64,000 nt of DNA from Octopus sinensis (taxonomy: Eukaryota): the NCBI RefSeq assembly GCF_006345805.1, contig NC_043006.1:97154001-97218000 (forward strand). Reading direction: 5' to 3'. The translations under genes were made by a program, and so were the position numbers. Shown piece by piece: positions 24,379 through 39,761 of this stretch (position 1 is the stretch's first letter; each line of letters opens with the position of its first letter). The notes beneath the pieces are model-generated. The model was not told the origin of the DNA and did no database searches. It saw only the letters and a list, made by a program, of their open reading frames with translations.

Positions 24379-26413
24379 AATGTTCTGCGTTAAACAATTC
24401 GTTCCTAAAATAATAATAATCTAACAGTTTTGTTCCCTTGCAAAACTTGTGACCAAGTGTAATTATCTCCCTAAATATAACTAACAAAACGAGTTTGTAA
24501 ATTCTCTTACTATATTCAGGTATAACCCCACCACGCCATCGGAACAGTTAGAATTGTTTCACTCTTGGGAATAATAAAACATTCTATTCATAATCACAAA
24601 CACGGTTTTTCTGTTTGTCATATATTTTCTTAGATTTTTCTGTCTTTCAAAAATACTTCAACTTCTAACTTGCTACTGGACAACATGAAACTGGTAACCA
24701 GTTTTCGTCACCACAACCGTTTTTTATCCCCCCCCCACCTCCTCCTACAGAAACCCACTTTTCCGGCTACAGAAATTCTGAATCTGTAATTTTGGCATTT
24801 CAAAATTTCTATTTCCCTCAGTAATTGCTTCATTTTTCACTTTTTAGAAAAAATATTTTTGGGTGAAATACATGGGGAAAACTGAAAAAACGACTTTTTT
24901 TTTTTCTTTTTACATTCCAATTTTTCAAAGAGGAAAAAAAAAAAGCATATCTCGACCATGTGGTAGTTGATGTCAGAAATCATATGGGGTAAATACAGAA
25001 CCGCAGTATAATATAACTAGAGAACTCAAAAATTATTTATACCTATAGATAGATGGAATGTATACGTAGGAAATGTATGTATATGTTAATGTCTATGAGT
25101 AGATTTATTGTTAAGTACATGACTTTCTTGCTTATATACTGATCTGTGTATTTCTACTGATGAATGCTGAGCAATTTTTATTGCAAAGCATGAAATCTTG
25201 AGGAACAGAATTATTCGAAATTTAGTAAATTTCGGCCTGTTGTTTATATAGAGAGAACAAATTTAGAGTGGATCATAGGTACCTGACATCTACTTCTAGT
25301 AAGGGTTTGTATAAATTTTCATAAACAGATACCCATCTCCCTGAAAGTTATAAGGGGAAAAAAGTCTGATCATGTGAATTTTCCAAAACTCCTCTCTCTA
25401 CCCCCTCAGAAAAATTCTTTCTCTTAAATCACTATATACTCTGAAGCCACAACATCTAAGCGGTATTTGTAGAAAATTTTGTTAAAAAGTATAAATTTTT
25501 TGGGATGTCATGAGGCAACAAAGTCGGGGACATATACATCTGTAGCAATGCCCTTTTATTTATACGATTTTTTTTCATTTCATGCTTATTCCATTCATTG
25601 TTTGCAATGTTCTCCCCACCACACACACACACTGCAAAGCTTACAGAAGGGCTGCTGAACTGAAATCTCTATGTTGCTTTGCTGGGAAGGTAAAACTTGA
25701 CAAACTCTGCTCCCAATGTTGTTGGACTACTGTGATGTTTGTTTAAAAAAGAGAGACTATGACTGTGATGATATAAGTTGAACTTCAGATGACGTTTCAA
25801 AGGAAGTGATGATCAATACCCATCATAGCAACAGATACCCCTAACAGACATCTCACTTGCCTTATTCAACCAATGAAACCAATATGGCATGCCAACCACA
25901 TAATACACTAAAATGTAGATCTTCTCCTGACTGACAGGGCAGAAAGCAGGGTTACAGATAAGGGAGTGGAGGTCATCTGGCAATGCCTTAACTGCCTTTA
26001 CAAATATCTTAAATACCTTCACCACTCACCATCAGTAAATACTAAAAACAATGAACCAGCGAGTCTCTACTGTCATTAGACATGCTAGAAATAGCAGCCA
26101 AATTCTGTTAAATCACTGCTGGTAGTCTTAAAACAGAAAGCACACATTGGATAGTGTTGTTGAATATTAAAAAGATATGATGGCTAGAATATTCTTGATA
26201 ATATTATATTTTCCTGATCAGGGCTGAGCTGGAGGGATAAACAGCTAAAGCTGTAATAAACCAACAGGGAACCAGAAGGTAGTCAACCTAAGTGATAGAA
26301 ACAATAGCCAAATCTCTCTTCAATCACACATTGTTCTCAAAAAGAAAGGAAGGACAAGATGGTTATGGTGTGGGAATCTTGGGTTAAACAAAAGAAAAAT
26401 AAACAGTATAAAT

Positions 26414-26823
26414 AGGCGCAGGAGTGGCTGTGTGGTAAGTAGCTTGCTAACCAACCACATGGTTCCGGGTTCAGTCCCACTGCCTGGCATCTTGGGCAAG
26501 TGTCTTCTGCTATAGCCCCGGGCCAACCAAAACCCTGTGAGTGGATTTGGTTGACGGAAACTGAAAGAAGCCTGTCGTATATATATATATATATGTGTGT
26601 GTATGTTTGTGTGTCTGTGTTTGTCCCCCTAGCATTACTTGACAACCAATGCTGGTGTGTTAACGTCCCCGTCACTTAGCGGTTCGGCAAAAGAGACCGA
26701 TAGAATAAGTACTGGGTTTACAAAGAATAAGTCCCGGGGTCGATTTGCTCGACTAAAGGTGGTGCTCCAGCATGGCCGCAGTCAAATGACTGAAACAAGT
26801 AAAAGAGTAAGAGAGAAAGAGAG
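26414..26823 (+). mobile_element. SINE family A, full length
   Basis: GGCGCAGGAGTGGCTGTG head through the GTAAAAGAG tail. Confidence 0.92.
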
Positions 26824-28764
26824 TATATTTACTGGTAACTATGAAATCAATAAATAGCACAAGGAATGGCAAAGGCTATGATGCTTAGAAGAGAAAGTTA
26901 AAATAAAAATACTAAATAGAAGACAAACCACAAAATAAAAATAAATAAAAGAAAGTAATAGCGAATGAAGAAACTAAAATACATATTTCCAAAATATTTC
27001 AGAGAGAAAGAAGAAAAAAATCAGCACCTGCCAACGAAAGATAATGTTCTTTCCAGAGAAATGAAAAGTGAAAAGGAAGGAAAAATTAGCTTCCATCAAA
27101 GAAAATTACTTTCGGATCACAGACCCCTTTTAATTTTGTCATCACTCATTAACTAATGTGAAAAATTAAAAATAAAGTTTGCTTTTTTTTTTTTTATTCT
27201 TTAATCGCTTCTTACAATGAACACACATGAAAAAAGGAAAAAAAAAAAAGAAAATTTTTTTTTAATTATTAATTTATTATATGCTAGTTACTGACAAGGA
27301 TATAACTTATGCTAACAGAATTCTTAGAGACATAAAGAGGTAGTGCTGCCTTCTCCTTGGTACTGTTCACAAGAACACTATATTCAAAAGGACTGGTTAA
27401 CAGCTGAATCATATAAATTCGTAACATTGAATCCTCATACAAAAACACAACAATGGAGAGAGTCATCATTTGCCAACCTGTGCAAAGTGGTAGGCAAATC
27501 TGGCTCAACAATCTACCAGAGTTTCTTTGAATGGAGGTTATGATTTATATCCTACAGATCAGCTGACCAAGGGAGGAAGATTAAATGGATAACAATATGA
27601 TTGCTGTTCTATAACCTATTGGCATTCAGATATTTTCCCTGTCAAATTAAAGCCTATTTATTCACATTGTTCTGAATTAATTATGCATTATATCTCGTAG
27701 TTTTGAGATTTCAAGGAGAAACTGGACATGGCCAGTTTCAACACAAAATGGGTAGAATATCCGGGCCAGATATGGCAGGTTTAAATACTATAGGGTTAAA
27801 CATAGAAAAGATGGTCATGCTGGAAGACCTTTCATCATATGTAAGCCTAGAGCTTAACCCTTTCGTTACTGTATTTATTTTGAGATGCTCTGTGTTTCTT
27901 TCAATTACTTTAAATATAACAAAGAATTTAGTAAAATAATTTAATTATCATTAAGCTAGGATTAGGAACATACATTGCAACTAAGGTTTGGTGGTATATT
28001 TTAATGAAAAACTTATGAAAACAAGACATTTGTACTACGGGTTGGTAACAAAAGGGTTAAACAGCAACAACAGAAAATTCTTTGGATGCTCACTGGTATC
28101 CACAAATAGTGATGACTAACACACAAAACCCAAGAACTGGTATTTGAAGAAAGATCAGAAACTGAAATTAAACATATTTCAGTATCTTAGACATAATTCA
28201 AAGAATGTGGGACTTACTCTACCATTATCATTCATTTTTAAGGCTGTGAGCTGACGGAACTGCTAATATGTCAAGCAAAGTGCTGAATGGCAATTAGTCT
28301 GTCTTTACAGTCTGAGTCCAAATCTTATCACAGTCGACTTTGCCTTTCATCCTTCTGGAACTGATAAAATATGTACCATTAAGTACTGGGGTTGATGTAA
28401 TCGACTTCCCCCTCCCCTCAAAAGCTACTGGATTTGTGCCAAGATTTTAACCTCTAGCATTTAAACTGGCCATATCTGGCATTTCACACCTACCCTAGAA
28501 TGTCATTTTGAACACAAACACTAACAATACCGAAATCTCAAGGTTACAAGATAATGCAGGATTAACTCAAAACAATGTGGAAAAACAAGCATTACATTTG
28601 ACAGAGCAATCTGATTGCTAATGGGTTAAGCCAATATTAACATTTCATCCATCTTGTGTGTCAGGTAGAAAACGCAGGACATATTTCTCTGGTATCCATG
28701 AATCAAATGATACACATACCCAAATATTTTTTCAACCACCAGAGTTACACAAGCCTTATAAAAC

Positions 28765-29063
28765 GAAAGCACCATCCGAACGTGGCTGATGCCAGCACCG
28801 CCTGACTGAAGTCGGTGTCGGTGACACGTAAAAAAACACCAACCAATTGTGGCCGTTTGCCAGCCTCCTCTGGCCCATGCCAGTGGCACGTAAAAAGCAC
28901 CCACTACGCTCACGGAGTGGTTGGCGTTAGGAAGGGCATGCAGCTATAGAAACACTGCCAGATCAGATTGGAGCCTGGTGCAGCCTCTTGGCTTCCCAGA
29001 CCCCGATCAAACCGTCCAACCCATGCTAGCATGGAAAACAGACGTTAAGCGATGATGATGATG
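28765..29063 (+). mobile_element. RTE 3'-end fragment. Others at ~8395-8530(-), 16124-16262(-), 20960-21145(+), 23450-23740(+), 24033-24144(+), 34363-34560(-), 34633-34911(+), 35301-35470(-), 44845-44995(-), 50940-51413(+), 52620-53036(+), 53111-53372(-), 56297-56470(-)
   Basis: Shared CACCCACTACACTC..GGCGTTAGGAAGGGCATCCAGCTGTAGAAA..CCCATGCTAGCATGG..(GAT)n with the RTE 3'UTR. Confidence 0.85.
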
Positions 29064-31067
29064 TATGAAATGGGGGCAAATTAACAGTCTGAAAACAAGC
29101 GTGGACATTTAGGACATACTAATGAAAATACTTTGCACAGGGAAAGGGTTGAAAAACATGACTTCACTCCAAACTACACCATTTCCTCCAATGGAATTAG
29201 ACACAAACCAGCAATGGTCGGAGAAATAGCAATAAAATTTCCCTCAAATCATAACCTACAGTTACCTTATATATTGTAGTCTTAGCCGTATTGTGTTTGA
29301 AATAAAACCATCATCACAATAAGAATCATGTGCATGTCCAAAGCATATCTCACTCCAGCATAAAGGTTGAAAAGTACTTGTCTTAAGTATTACATTTGCA
29401 CTGTGTATTTGCTGTGCATGTGTGTATACACACATATACACATGCACACCACACACTCAGTTCTGTACAAGTTCCAATGACAAGTTACAGCTTATACGTA
29501 AGTTAGCACGTGTGTGCATATGCAGGGACACACACACATACATACATGGCTACATATGATACCGAACCTTAGACACACATACACACACGACATATCCATC
29601 ACAAATGTAACAACTTGCATGTAAGAGTGTGTGTGGTGTGTGTTTTTGTGGAGGAAGAGAGAGACAGAGACAGGAGGAGAGTAAATACACACACACACGT
29701 ATGCATCATACCTATTTCTTTATTACCCACAAGGGGCTAAACAAGGACAGACATAGGTATTAAGTCGATTGCATCGACCCCAGTGCGTAACTGGTACTTA
29801 ATTTATCGACCCCGAAAGGATGAAAGGCAAAGTCGACCTCGGCGGAATTCGAACTCACAACGTAACGCAGACGAAATACCACTAAGCATCTCGCCTGGCG
29901 TGCTAACGATTCTGCCAGCTTCTCTCTTTGTAGCTACACAGTGTACATACATCTCACTGTCCCAAAGCTTATGCCATGTAAAGAGAAACACCAAGGGTCT
30001 GAACTAGTTATAAATACTTCAAAAACCACTGAACTAGAAAAGTGATTCAATGTAAGGCAAGCATGGGGAGAAAACGGAAGCCCCAGCTTACAGAACTTCT
30101 TTCGCCACCTTTTCTTCCGCTCCCACGAATATTACTCTACTCACCCGTCATGACTATCCATAAATATATTAGTTTCAAACCAATCTCCTCTACTGTAACA
30201 AACTACTGGCATAGTTATGGCAGTTATCATCATCATCCTCTTGTCTGTTGATGTCAGCTATTCTAAGCTGGCACAGATTACACAGGTACATGTTGCATGC
30301 CACACCATGTGACACAGAACACTTGGCTGGTAATCTTTATTGCCAAGTTAACCTATTAACATTTCAGCCAGCCATATCCAGCTAAAATATTTCATCTGTT
30401 TTGGCCCAAACTGACCAGATCCAGACTTTTACACCTACATTCTACATAAGAGGCTCTCCAACATTTTGGGCCACCAACCACCTCATGGCTACATAGTACT
30501 CTCAGACCACACCCACCCCTACTTTTATGTATAAATATTTTATATTTTACTCATCTATACATACTATGAATCATTTGATAATATAATATTATATAATTTG
30601 TATACAATACTATGACATAATAAATTCACAGCATCCTCCAATCCACTGCCAAAAAAGTGTGTATGCCAAAAAATTGCCACTGCAAATTAGATATTCTTCA
30701 TAAAATAATGCACAAATTTACAACAGATATTGGAGAAGTCAGCAGTGTCATGGAATGCATGTCTTTTAAACGTTTTAGTTATATCGGAAGGAGATGGCTT
30801 TGTATATATGTGTATGTGTGTGTATAAAATGGAACAAAAATGTAATAGACCACAATAAAACAACTGGACAGACGATATAAAGGCAGGCAGGAAAAACAAC
30901 AATTAGAGGGACAGAAAAAAAGGATGGGTCATTCGTGGCCTTCTTTTGTCACTGAAGTTACCAGATGCCCTTTCAGTTTCGGGCAGTTACACTTGAGACT
31001 GTTCAATCTGGTTATTCATCAAAAAGTCTAAGCTAAGAGCATTAGATTTTCTGTAAGAAAGCTAGTG

Positions 31068-31469
31068 AAGGAGTGGCTGTGTGGTAAGTAGCTGGTTTAC
31101 CAACCACATGGTTGCGGGTTCAGTCCCACTGCGTGGCACCTTGGGCAATTGTCTTCTACTATAGCCTCGGGCCAACCAAAGCCTTGTGAGTGGATTTGGT
31201 AGACGGAAACTGAAAGAAGCCCGTCGTAGATATGTATATATATGCGTGTGTGTGTTTGTGTCTCTGTGTTTGTCCCCCTAGCATTGCTTGACAACCGATG
31301 CCGGTGTTTATGTCCCCGTTACTTAGCGGTTCGGCAAAAGAGACCGATAGAATAAGTACTGGGCTTACAAAAGAATAAGTCCCGGGGTCGAGTTGCTCGA
31401 TTAAAGGCGGTGCTCCTGCATGGCCACAGTCAAATGACTGAAACAAGTAAAAGAGTAAAGAGTAAAGAG
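31068..31469 (+). mobile_element. SINE family A
   Basis: Family match. Confidence 0.9.
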
Positions 31470-31619
31470 AATGTATGCAACAACAAAGACAAAAAAAAAC
31501 GGAGAATATGGTACACAATTACAAATACAAACAACAAGAAATAACAACAGGTGTCTTTCGACTGAGAATGAATCAAATTGAGCTGGCATGTATAAAGTGA
31601 AAGTCTAAAGGCAAGAACA

Positions 31620-32430
31620 CCGGAGATGGATGTAAGAGGTGTTGGCAGTCAACAGTCAGGCCAAGAATGAAAGATCAACTTCCCCAATGTCAAATGGCCC
31701 AAAGGACACATATGCTCTCAGGAATAACTCATTGCAAACAAGCACAGGTGGAGTCACTGCTAAACCTCACCAATGCCCTGTTGATGGAGCAAGTTGTGCT
31801 CAGACCAACTAGGGCGAATAACATTTTGAATCTCTGCTTCACAAACAATATGGACATTGTTCACAATGTGAAGGTGACGCTGACGTTAGTTTTAGATTAC
31901 AACATAATAGAGGTGTCTATGTATGGACCAGAGACATACAGCCTAAAGGAAGGACCCTAAATCTCTGGAACCTGAACTTCTACAAAGCAGACTGGAAATC
32001 AATCCCAAAAAAGATCCTCAGACAGGACTGGCTGAAATATCTCTCCACACCAGAGAATGGCATGAAACTAGAATATTTCATGTTTGTTGTGCAAACCATA
32101 TGCCAGAAATATGCCCCAGAGCACAAGGCCAAAACAAAATGGAACAAGATTCCAAGGGAGAGGAAGATCCTCATGAGACAGATTTTAATTGCAAATCGCT
32201 TCAACTAACATTCCAAAAGTAGGGAAAGGTCCTGCCAAAAACAACACTGATGGAGATTGCTCTCTCTCCCTCACATAGGAATGTTGCAGGTTTTTTTCAA
32301 AGAAATTTGGGTTATAAAAGACAGTGAGTCAAACCCAAAAGGCTGCTTTCATTATGCCAAAGAAACAGCCTCAGTACACTGCAAAATAGGACCCCTCTTC
32401 CAGAAGGATAGCTCCCTCAGATAATCCAAC
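31620..32430 (+). pseudogene. Degenerate CR1/L2-like LINE, endonuclease and linker region
   Basis: EQVVLRPTRANNILNLCFTNN resembles the AP-endonuclease C-terminal PTR.NNILDL.FTN motif; many disruptions. Confidence 0.7.
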
Positions 32431-35400
32431 CAGGATCAGGGATGGCTCTTCTAAGCATTAAAAAAAACCAACTTAGACCTTTGATATCTATAGCACTGAT
32501 CAAAGAGGATGCCAGTTAAACACTAAGTACCAGTATTCCAAGAAAATTATTTCCCACAATTAAAATGAAGCATGGAATTTAATTCAAGCTCTATCCAAAG
32601 AGGCAACTAAACACCTTTAGCGAATGTGACCATATCATTCACGCACCTTAACGACCATTTTAACCTTAAAATAAGCAACGTGAGAAGAGTGGTAAGTTCA
32701 TTCATTTAGCTTAGTTCTGAATCCAACAGTTCCAACGTAAACAGAGAGGGATACCCCTGTACTTGGTCTACCCTTTACAAAACCTATCATTGACTACCAG
32801 CAAAAGCTTTGGGAATATAGCTGGAGATAAGGTCTCCAGTCAGAGTCCCTAAAGACAGTACAGTTTACAGTACTGTTCCAAGGCGTCGTGTGCCAACATA
32901 TGTGCATTCGCTTTCTTTGGATCACACAGGAGAAAGAGAATGGAAAGAGAACCTGAGAGAGAACCTGTGTAGAAAATAGGTGGTCTTGCATACTATATAA
33001 TCAAAGACTATTACACCCTAGCAAAGAGATTCTAAGACATGGCTACATGGTTTCACTAAACAGGATACCTTAATTGCTTCAGACAGTTATAACTTTAATC
33101 TTTCTCCAGATGATCCCCACAGTCCCAATAATCAGCTAAGTAGCTGCTAAAAATAGAAAAAATTTCAATCTCCAAAATATAATGCCACTACTAAAATATA
33201 TAGAAGAGAATCTCTGAAATGAAGCAATGATAAAGTCTATTTTTACTGCTAACAATCTACATGTCAGCACATTCTTGTGAGCATGCAGATCTGACTGGTT
33301 CCCTGAGAGAAATGGTTAAGATTCAAGTGGTTACATAACAAGTTAAGCAGATTTTAAAAAATGCTGAAATTGCAAGCCATTTGCTTTTTTTTTTTCTTCA
33401 AGTTTTACTATCATCATCATTATTATTATTTTTACCTTGTATCATTTATTTATTTTATTAATGCAATTAAGACAACTAGCAAGAATTAGAAAAAAAAAAT
33501 TAAGTTTTTTTTTTAATCAGTTTCTCCATATTTTGATATCAGATTGGAAGCTGGAGAGATGAAATCACGTGATAGGTTAGATCAATAACCATGTTTCAGA
33601 AAGGTGAAGACCATCAAAAGGTCAAATAATAATAAAGTGAAGCACTACATTCTATACTCAGTGTGTGTGTGTGTGTGTGTGTCTCTACTTACCCTGTGTC
33701 TTTAGCTGTCAAAGACAACTGATGCATTGTAAGGCCAAAGGGTATGTGTGTGTCTAACACACGCACATACACAAATATGTCTGACTGGTGTTCCTCAACA
33801 GTATTTGTCTCTTAAATTAAATCCAATTTTACAAAGTTTTCTAGTGCTTTCTTTCATTTCAAATAACTTTCCTTATCATTTCACAAAATACATTAACTTT
33901 TCCCCTCTCCCTCTCACCTGTTCATATATATATACAGGTAGCATGCCACCAGAGTCTCATTAGCTGGCAACAACTGCAGTCGTAGTGACAGTCACATTTT
34001 AAGCCTCACAACTACAGCCCTCATAAACAAAATGTATCCAAGGCACTCTGTAAAGGAAGGGCAGGACGAGCAATGAAAACACTGGGTGGAGAGGACTCTT
34101 CAAAGTTGTTAATGTCACGACAATCTTTCTTGTGCCCAACACATTCATTGAAGTGATCAACATTAGGAAGGACATCCAGTTATAGAAACCATCCTAGCTG
34201 AGAATGAAAGATATGACAGCCAGCATGGAAAACAGACAAAACTTTACAGTTTAGGTCCAGGTCAAAACCCTGATCAAAGTCATTCCAGCCATGGTCCATT
34301 CCATCTGTTTACTAGTGTAGAGGAACTTGGTTTACCCAATGCATCGTTCATATATGATGCACTGGAGAGCCAGCAGCTGCACCAGGCTCCAATCTGATCT
34401 GGCAATGTTTCTATGCCTTTCCTAACGCTAACCACTCTGCGGCGAATGTAGCGGGCGATTTTTACGTGCCACTGGCATGGGGGCCAGTCAGAGGGTACTG
34501 GCATAAGCCATGTTCGCGGATGGTGCTTTTTTACGTGCCACTGATACCAGGACCGCCATCGACAGACAGACATCAGCACAGGTGTGACTGAGTAGTTCAG
34601 ATGTTCACTACCCAACTACAAGTTTTCAGGTTCATCCGTTCATGGCCATTGCCAGCCTCGCCTGTTCCCCAAGCTGGTGGCACGTAAAAGCACCATCAGC
34701 TCGTGGCTGTTTGCCAGCTCCGTCTGGCACCTGTGTGGGTGGCACGTAAAAAGCACCCACTACACTCATGGAGTGGTTGGTGTTAGCAAGGGCATCCAGC
34801 CGTAGAAACACTGCCAGATCAGACTGGGCCTGATGCAGCCTTCTGGCTTCCCAGACCCCAGTTGAACCGTCCAACCCATGCTAGCATGGAAAGCGGACGC
34901 TCAACGATGAATCCTGCTGTGTAGCATCTTGGGCAACCGTCTTCTATTATTACTCCTGGCTGACCAGTACCTTGTAACTAAATTTGGTAGATGGAAAGAA
35001 GTCTATCAGATCCATGCGTGCATATGTTTCACTTTGTCTTGACATCATGAGGTAGTCATAAGCAAGTATAAGGGTTGTACAAGTAGTTTTGCTTGTTTTC
35101 AACTTTCCATGGAAACATGTCATAATCATGAGGAGGAAAGGGGTGGATATTACCATACTTGGTAATAGATGAGGGTTGACAACAGGAAGGGCATCTGACC
35201 ACAGAAATTCTGCTTTAACATATTTGACCTGACTTATGCAACATGAGGCAGTTGACATTAAACCAATGGGATGTATAAATAAATGAATGACTTGCAATAT
35301 ATCATCATCGTTTAATGTCCACTTTCCATGCTGGCACGAGTTGGACAGTTTGGTAAAGAGCTGTCCAGACTTCAACTGTCTGTTGTGACCTGGTTTCCAC

Positions 35401-37532
35401 GGCTGGATACCCTTCTTAATGCCAACCACTTAACAGAGCATGCTGGGCGCATTTTACATGCCACCGGCATAAGTGCATTAATACAGCATGACTGGTGCGT
35501 TAACACAGTGCCAGTAACTTTGCTTTTTAATGGCACCAGCTCCTGAAAGAACAAACCAGTGTGTGGAAGAGCAATCTTATTTAACTTGACAGATCTTATC
35601 AAGTACAGCAAATCGCCACATCTGCCTAATATATTATACGAGCAAAACACCCCCCGTCCAATGGACAGTGCTGAGTTGTCAAACATTTAAACCAAATTTT
35701 CTCAAAACAACTTGTCCGACCATCCCATAGGCCTCCCCTTTGAGAAACACTGATTTAACCAAAATTCGAGACACCAGCAAAAGAGGAAATAACGATAGAC
35801 TTTTTTTCTATTCCAAGAAAAACGATTTTATAAATGCACGTTCCCACGGCTTTATCGATCGCATTCTCACCTGGAATCGATTTTTGTAATTTTTTCAAGA
35901 CTTATACACGCCCTGATACCGTCGGTATCTACATATCAAATTTGAACGCAATCAGATGGAGGATGCCTGAGATCCTAGAATACACACACACACAGACAGA
36001 CAGACAACGGATTTTATAAAATAGATTAGCTGATATTGCAAGTTATTCATCAACAGAACATACAATCAACCAGTAGCAAACTGTTCCCACATGTCACCCC
36101 ATTACTTTAGGGATGGTAGATAGGATCAGGAATATTTCTTTACTTCTTGGAGAGAGAGAAAAAGATGAAGAGAGAAACATACACTGACAAGAAGAAAACT
36201 CAAGAAATTTAACAGCTGTGTTAAATGAAAGAAATTTTCTGGAGACACTAGTATTATCCTAAAATGTAATTAACGAACATGTTTTTCAAAACACAGTAAT
36301 TAGCGCCGCCGCCACCTCCACCATACTCTCGTTGGATAATTATTAATCTTATGTTATATGAAATGTTTCTTGTTATTTTGTTATAAAATTTAGATAACAC
36401 CTCCAGGTCAATATCATGAATGCATGATTGTATAGGTAAAAAGCCCACTTAGCAACTATATGTTTTTGGGTTCAATCTCATTGTGGGATCTTCAGCTGTA
36501 GCTACATGTTAACGAAAGCCATGAATTTAATAGATATACTTCATGGAATCTTACTCCATGTGCACGTGTGTGTGCGTGTGTAAAATACACTTTTACTCGT
36601 TTCAGTCATTAGACTGTAGTGATGCTGGGGCACAGCCTTGCCCCATAATGCTTGTTCCACCCGAGTTGCCCAACACTCCCTTTTTACTTTCACCATGATA
36701 GATGCACTGAACCAGTGACTGGCACACTGTAACCATCAGTGTTATTGTCCACAAAATGCAATATGAATTAAACAAATCACAAAAGCACTGGGAAAAGAGC
36801 TTTTTAACCCTTTTGTTACCAACCCGGCCAAAACCGGCTCTGGCTCTGTAGTACAAATGTCTTGTTTTCATAAGTTTTGCATTAGAATATACCACCAAAC
36901 CTTAGTCACAATTTATATTCCTAACACTAGTTTAATGATAACTAAGTTATTTTACTAAATACTTTGTTATATCTAAAGTAATTAAAAGAAACACAGTAAC
37001 AAAAGGGTTAAACCACTACCTTCCTTGACTGGCTTGAAATAGCATTTCAACCAAAGTGGCACGTTGAATAAAATAATGGGGAGTAGCTACATTATATCTG
37101 AAGGAAAACAGGAAAGGAAATGATATGAAAATGTTTGGTTCATAAGTCTGTTCAAAGTTGACCATAGCAAAATTTGAACCCAGGATGTAGAAACAGAAGA
37201 TATACTAAAACACATCATTTCAGAAGCTCTAACAATTTTCTCACTGCCTTTAATATCCACATCAAATTTTGGAATGAAGTATGTATATGGGTTAAGGAGG
37301 GGGAGAGTCAATTAAAGCTATCAATCCACTACCTTTAACTTCTAATTTAGGAGCAAGGCCAGCAATTTCTTAGGAGAGAGTTTGGCAATTACAATGATTG
37401 CAGCATTTAATTGCTGCATCATTTTATCAACTCTGGAAGGATGAAAGGCGCAGCTAACCTCAGTGGAAGCTCAACATACAGAGCTGAGAACAAACACTGT
37501 AAAGCAATTTATCCAACACTAACAATTCTGCC

Positions 37533-37563
<31 letters not shown>

Positions 37564-37593
37564 TAGATAATAATAAAATTATTTCCAACTTAC

Positions 37594-37692
37594 TTCAAAA
37601 CGTTCGAAAGTCCTGTTGAAGGTGTCCATGTACTGATGCAGGATCAAATTAGTACCAGTTTCAATTTGATCCTCAGACAACGAGTCACTGCA
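37594..37692 (-). CDS. MIS12: MIS12 homolog, coding exon 3 (CSDSLSEDQIETGTNLILHQYMDTFNRTFERFE)
   Basis: Acceptor tctcttttgcag, donor GTAAGT; 99 nt, phase 0-0. Fits the Mis12 QI..C/G.......F...F.K/R.E segment. Confidence 0.88.
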
Positions 37693-38686
37693 CTGCAAAA
37701 GAGAAAAAGGAAACGATAAGAACAGAAATAATGATTTCAATCTTGGACACAAGGTTGGCAAGTTCCGGAGGGTGGGGGAGGGTCAGTTGATTACATCAGC
37801 CCCAGTGGTCAACTGATCCCTAGTTCACTTGACCCATAAGGATGAAAGGCAAAGTTGACCTTGACAGAATTTGAGCTCAGAACATGAAGACGGATGAAAT
37901 GCCACGAAGCATTCTGCGAGCTTGATGCTTTGACAAGAATAGAAATGATAATTAGATTTATTCTTTTACTTGTTTCAGCTGGAGCACCGCCTTTAGCCAA
38001 ACAAATCGACCCCAGGACTCATTCTTTATAAGCCTAGTGCTTATTCTATCAGTCTCTTTTGCCAAACTGCTAAGTTATGGGGACGTAACCACACCAACAT
38101 TGGTTGTCAAGCGATGGTGGGGGTGGGGGACAAACACAGACACACATTTTATATATACTGCATTCTCTAATAATCCGTTCCACTCTAGACACAATGCCTG
38201 AAATTTTGGTGAGAGGGACTAGTTGACTGCATCGACACCGATGCACAACTGGTGTTTATTGTATTGACCCCTGAAGAATTAGAAGGCCAAGTCAACCTCA
38301 GTGGCATTTGAGCACAGGGTATAAAACCATTGCCAGCAATTCCACCAGCTGGCTGAATTTTGCATTCTCTAATAATAATCCTTTCTACTATAAGCACAAG
38401 TCCTGAAATTTTGGTGGAGGAGAGTTAGTCAATTACACTGAGCCAAGTGCTCAACCGCTTATTTTATCAACCCCGAAAAGCTGAAGGCAAAAATCAACAA
38501 AGTATTTTGTCTGGTGTGCTAACAATTCTGCCAACTCACCATCTGATATTCCCAAATAATAGTTTAATTTAGACACACAACCAGAAATTTTGAGGAGATG
38601 GAGAATCAATACTATCTACCCTTGGACAACTGATATTATATTTTATTGACTCCAAAAGGACAAAAGGCAAAGCTGACCACAATGCA

Positions 38687-38934
38687 TCATTCATCATCAT
38701 CATTGTTCGACCGTGGTCGAGACAATGGAATTTACCATACTACGCCAGACTTCACGGTCCATCATGGAATTACGGAGGTCCTGTTGCTGGATGCCTGTAT
38801 CCCTGGAGATTACATTAGGGTAAGAGAGTGTGCACCCTCTGGTATTGCGAGTAGATTGCTTCCAGAGGAGAAGAGTAGAAATTGCCTCTTTTTCAGCTCT
38901 GCAACAATGTCCAGCAAACTGGACTCTCTTACTG
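38687..38934 (-). mobile_element. 3' fragment of a second RTE-like LINE family with a 12-bp target-site duplication
   Basis: RVQFAGHCCRAEKE..MMDREVWRSMV; (TGA)n tail; TSD GACCACAATGCA at 38675-38686 and 38935-38946. Confidence 0.85.
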
Positions 38935-39204
38935 GACCACAATGCAGTGTGAACTCAGAACATAAAACCATCAGCATAAATACTGCAATGCATTTTAACT
39001 GATGTTCTAATGAGTCTGCCAATCTTAATTTCTAATCACAATGGTTATAGTAATAAAGTAATAATTTCTATTGGAACAAGGAGACAAACTTTTAGGAACC
39101 AAGACAAAAGTAGATACAGTCAACTCAAAATATATTAAAAGTATTTAATATCGACACTAGAAGCATGAGAAATAAAATGAATTTGAATGCAAGCATTTAC
39201 ACTG

Positions 39205-39544
39205 TTACTCTTTTACTTGTTTCAGTCATGTGACTGCAGCCATGCTGGAGCACAAGCAAATCGACCCCAGGACTTATTCTTTGTAAGCCTAGTACTTATT
39301 CTATCGGTCTCTTTTGCAGAACCGCTAAGTTACGAGGACGTAAACACACCAGCATCGGTTGTCAAGCGATGCTGGGGGGACAAACACAGACACACAAATA
39401 CATATATACAACGGGCTTCTTTCAGTTTCCGTCTACCAAATCCACTCACAAGGCTTTGGTCAGCCTGAGACTATAGTAGAAGACACTTGCCCAAGGCGCC
39501 ACGCAGTGGGACCGAAACCAGAACCATGTGGTTGGTTAGCAAGC
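39205..39544 (-). mobile_element. SINE family A
   Basis: Family match. Confidence 0.88.
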
Positions 39545-39761
39545 TGACAGAAGACAATGATAACTAATATTTTTTTTTCATCTAAAAAATTTCTACTTTT
39601 ACTTATGAAAATTTGTCCAGTTTACTTTGATTAATATACAGGTCAGGTACATACTTCATTGTGACATCCACCATTTTTCCGTATCTGCTCAGATGATCCC
39701 AAGAAACCCTGGAAGCAGTGTTGCAGTCCATTGGCATCTTCGTGATATACTTCATCTACCT

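Noticed and set aside
26414-26490. tRNA gene at SINE heads
   Set aside because: A/B-box-like heads run on into SINE bodies; no complete cloverleaf.
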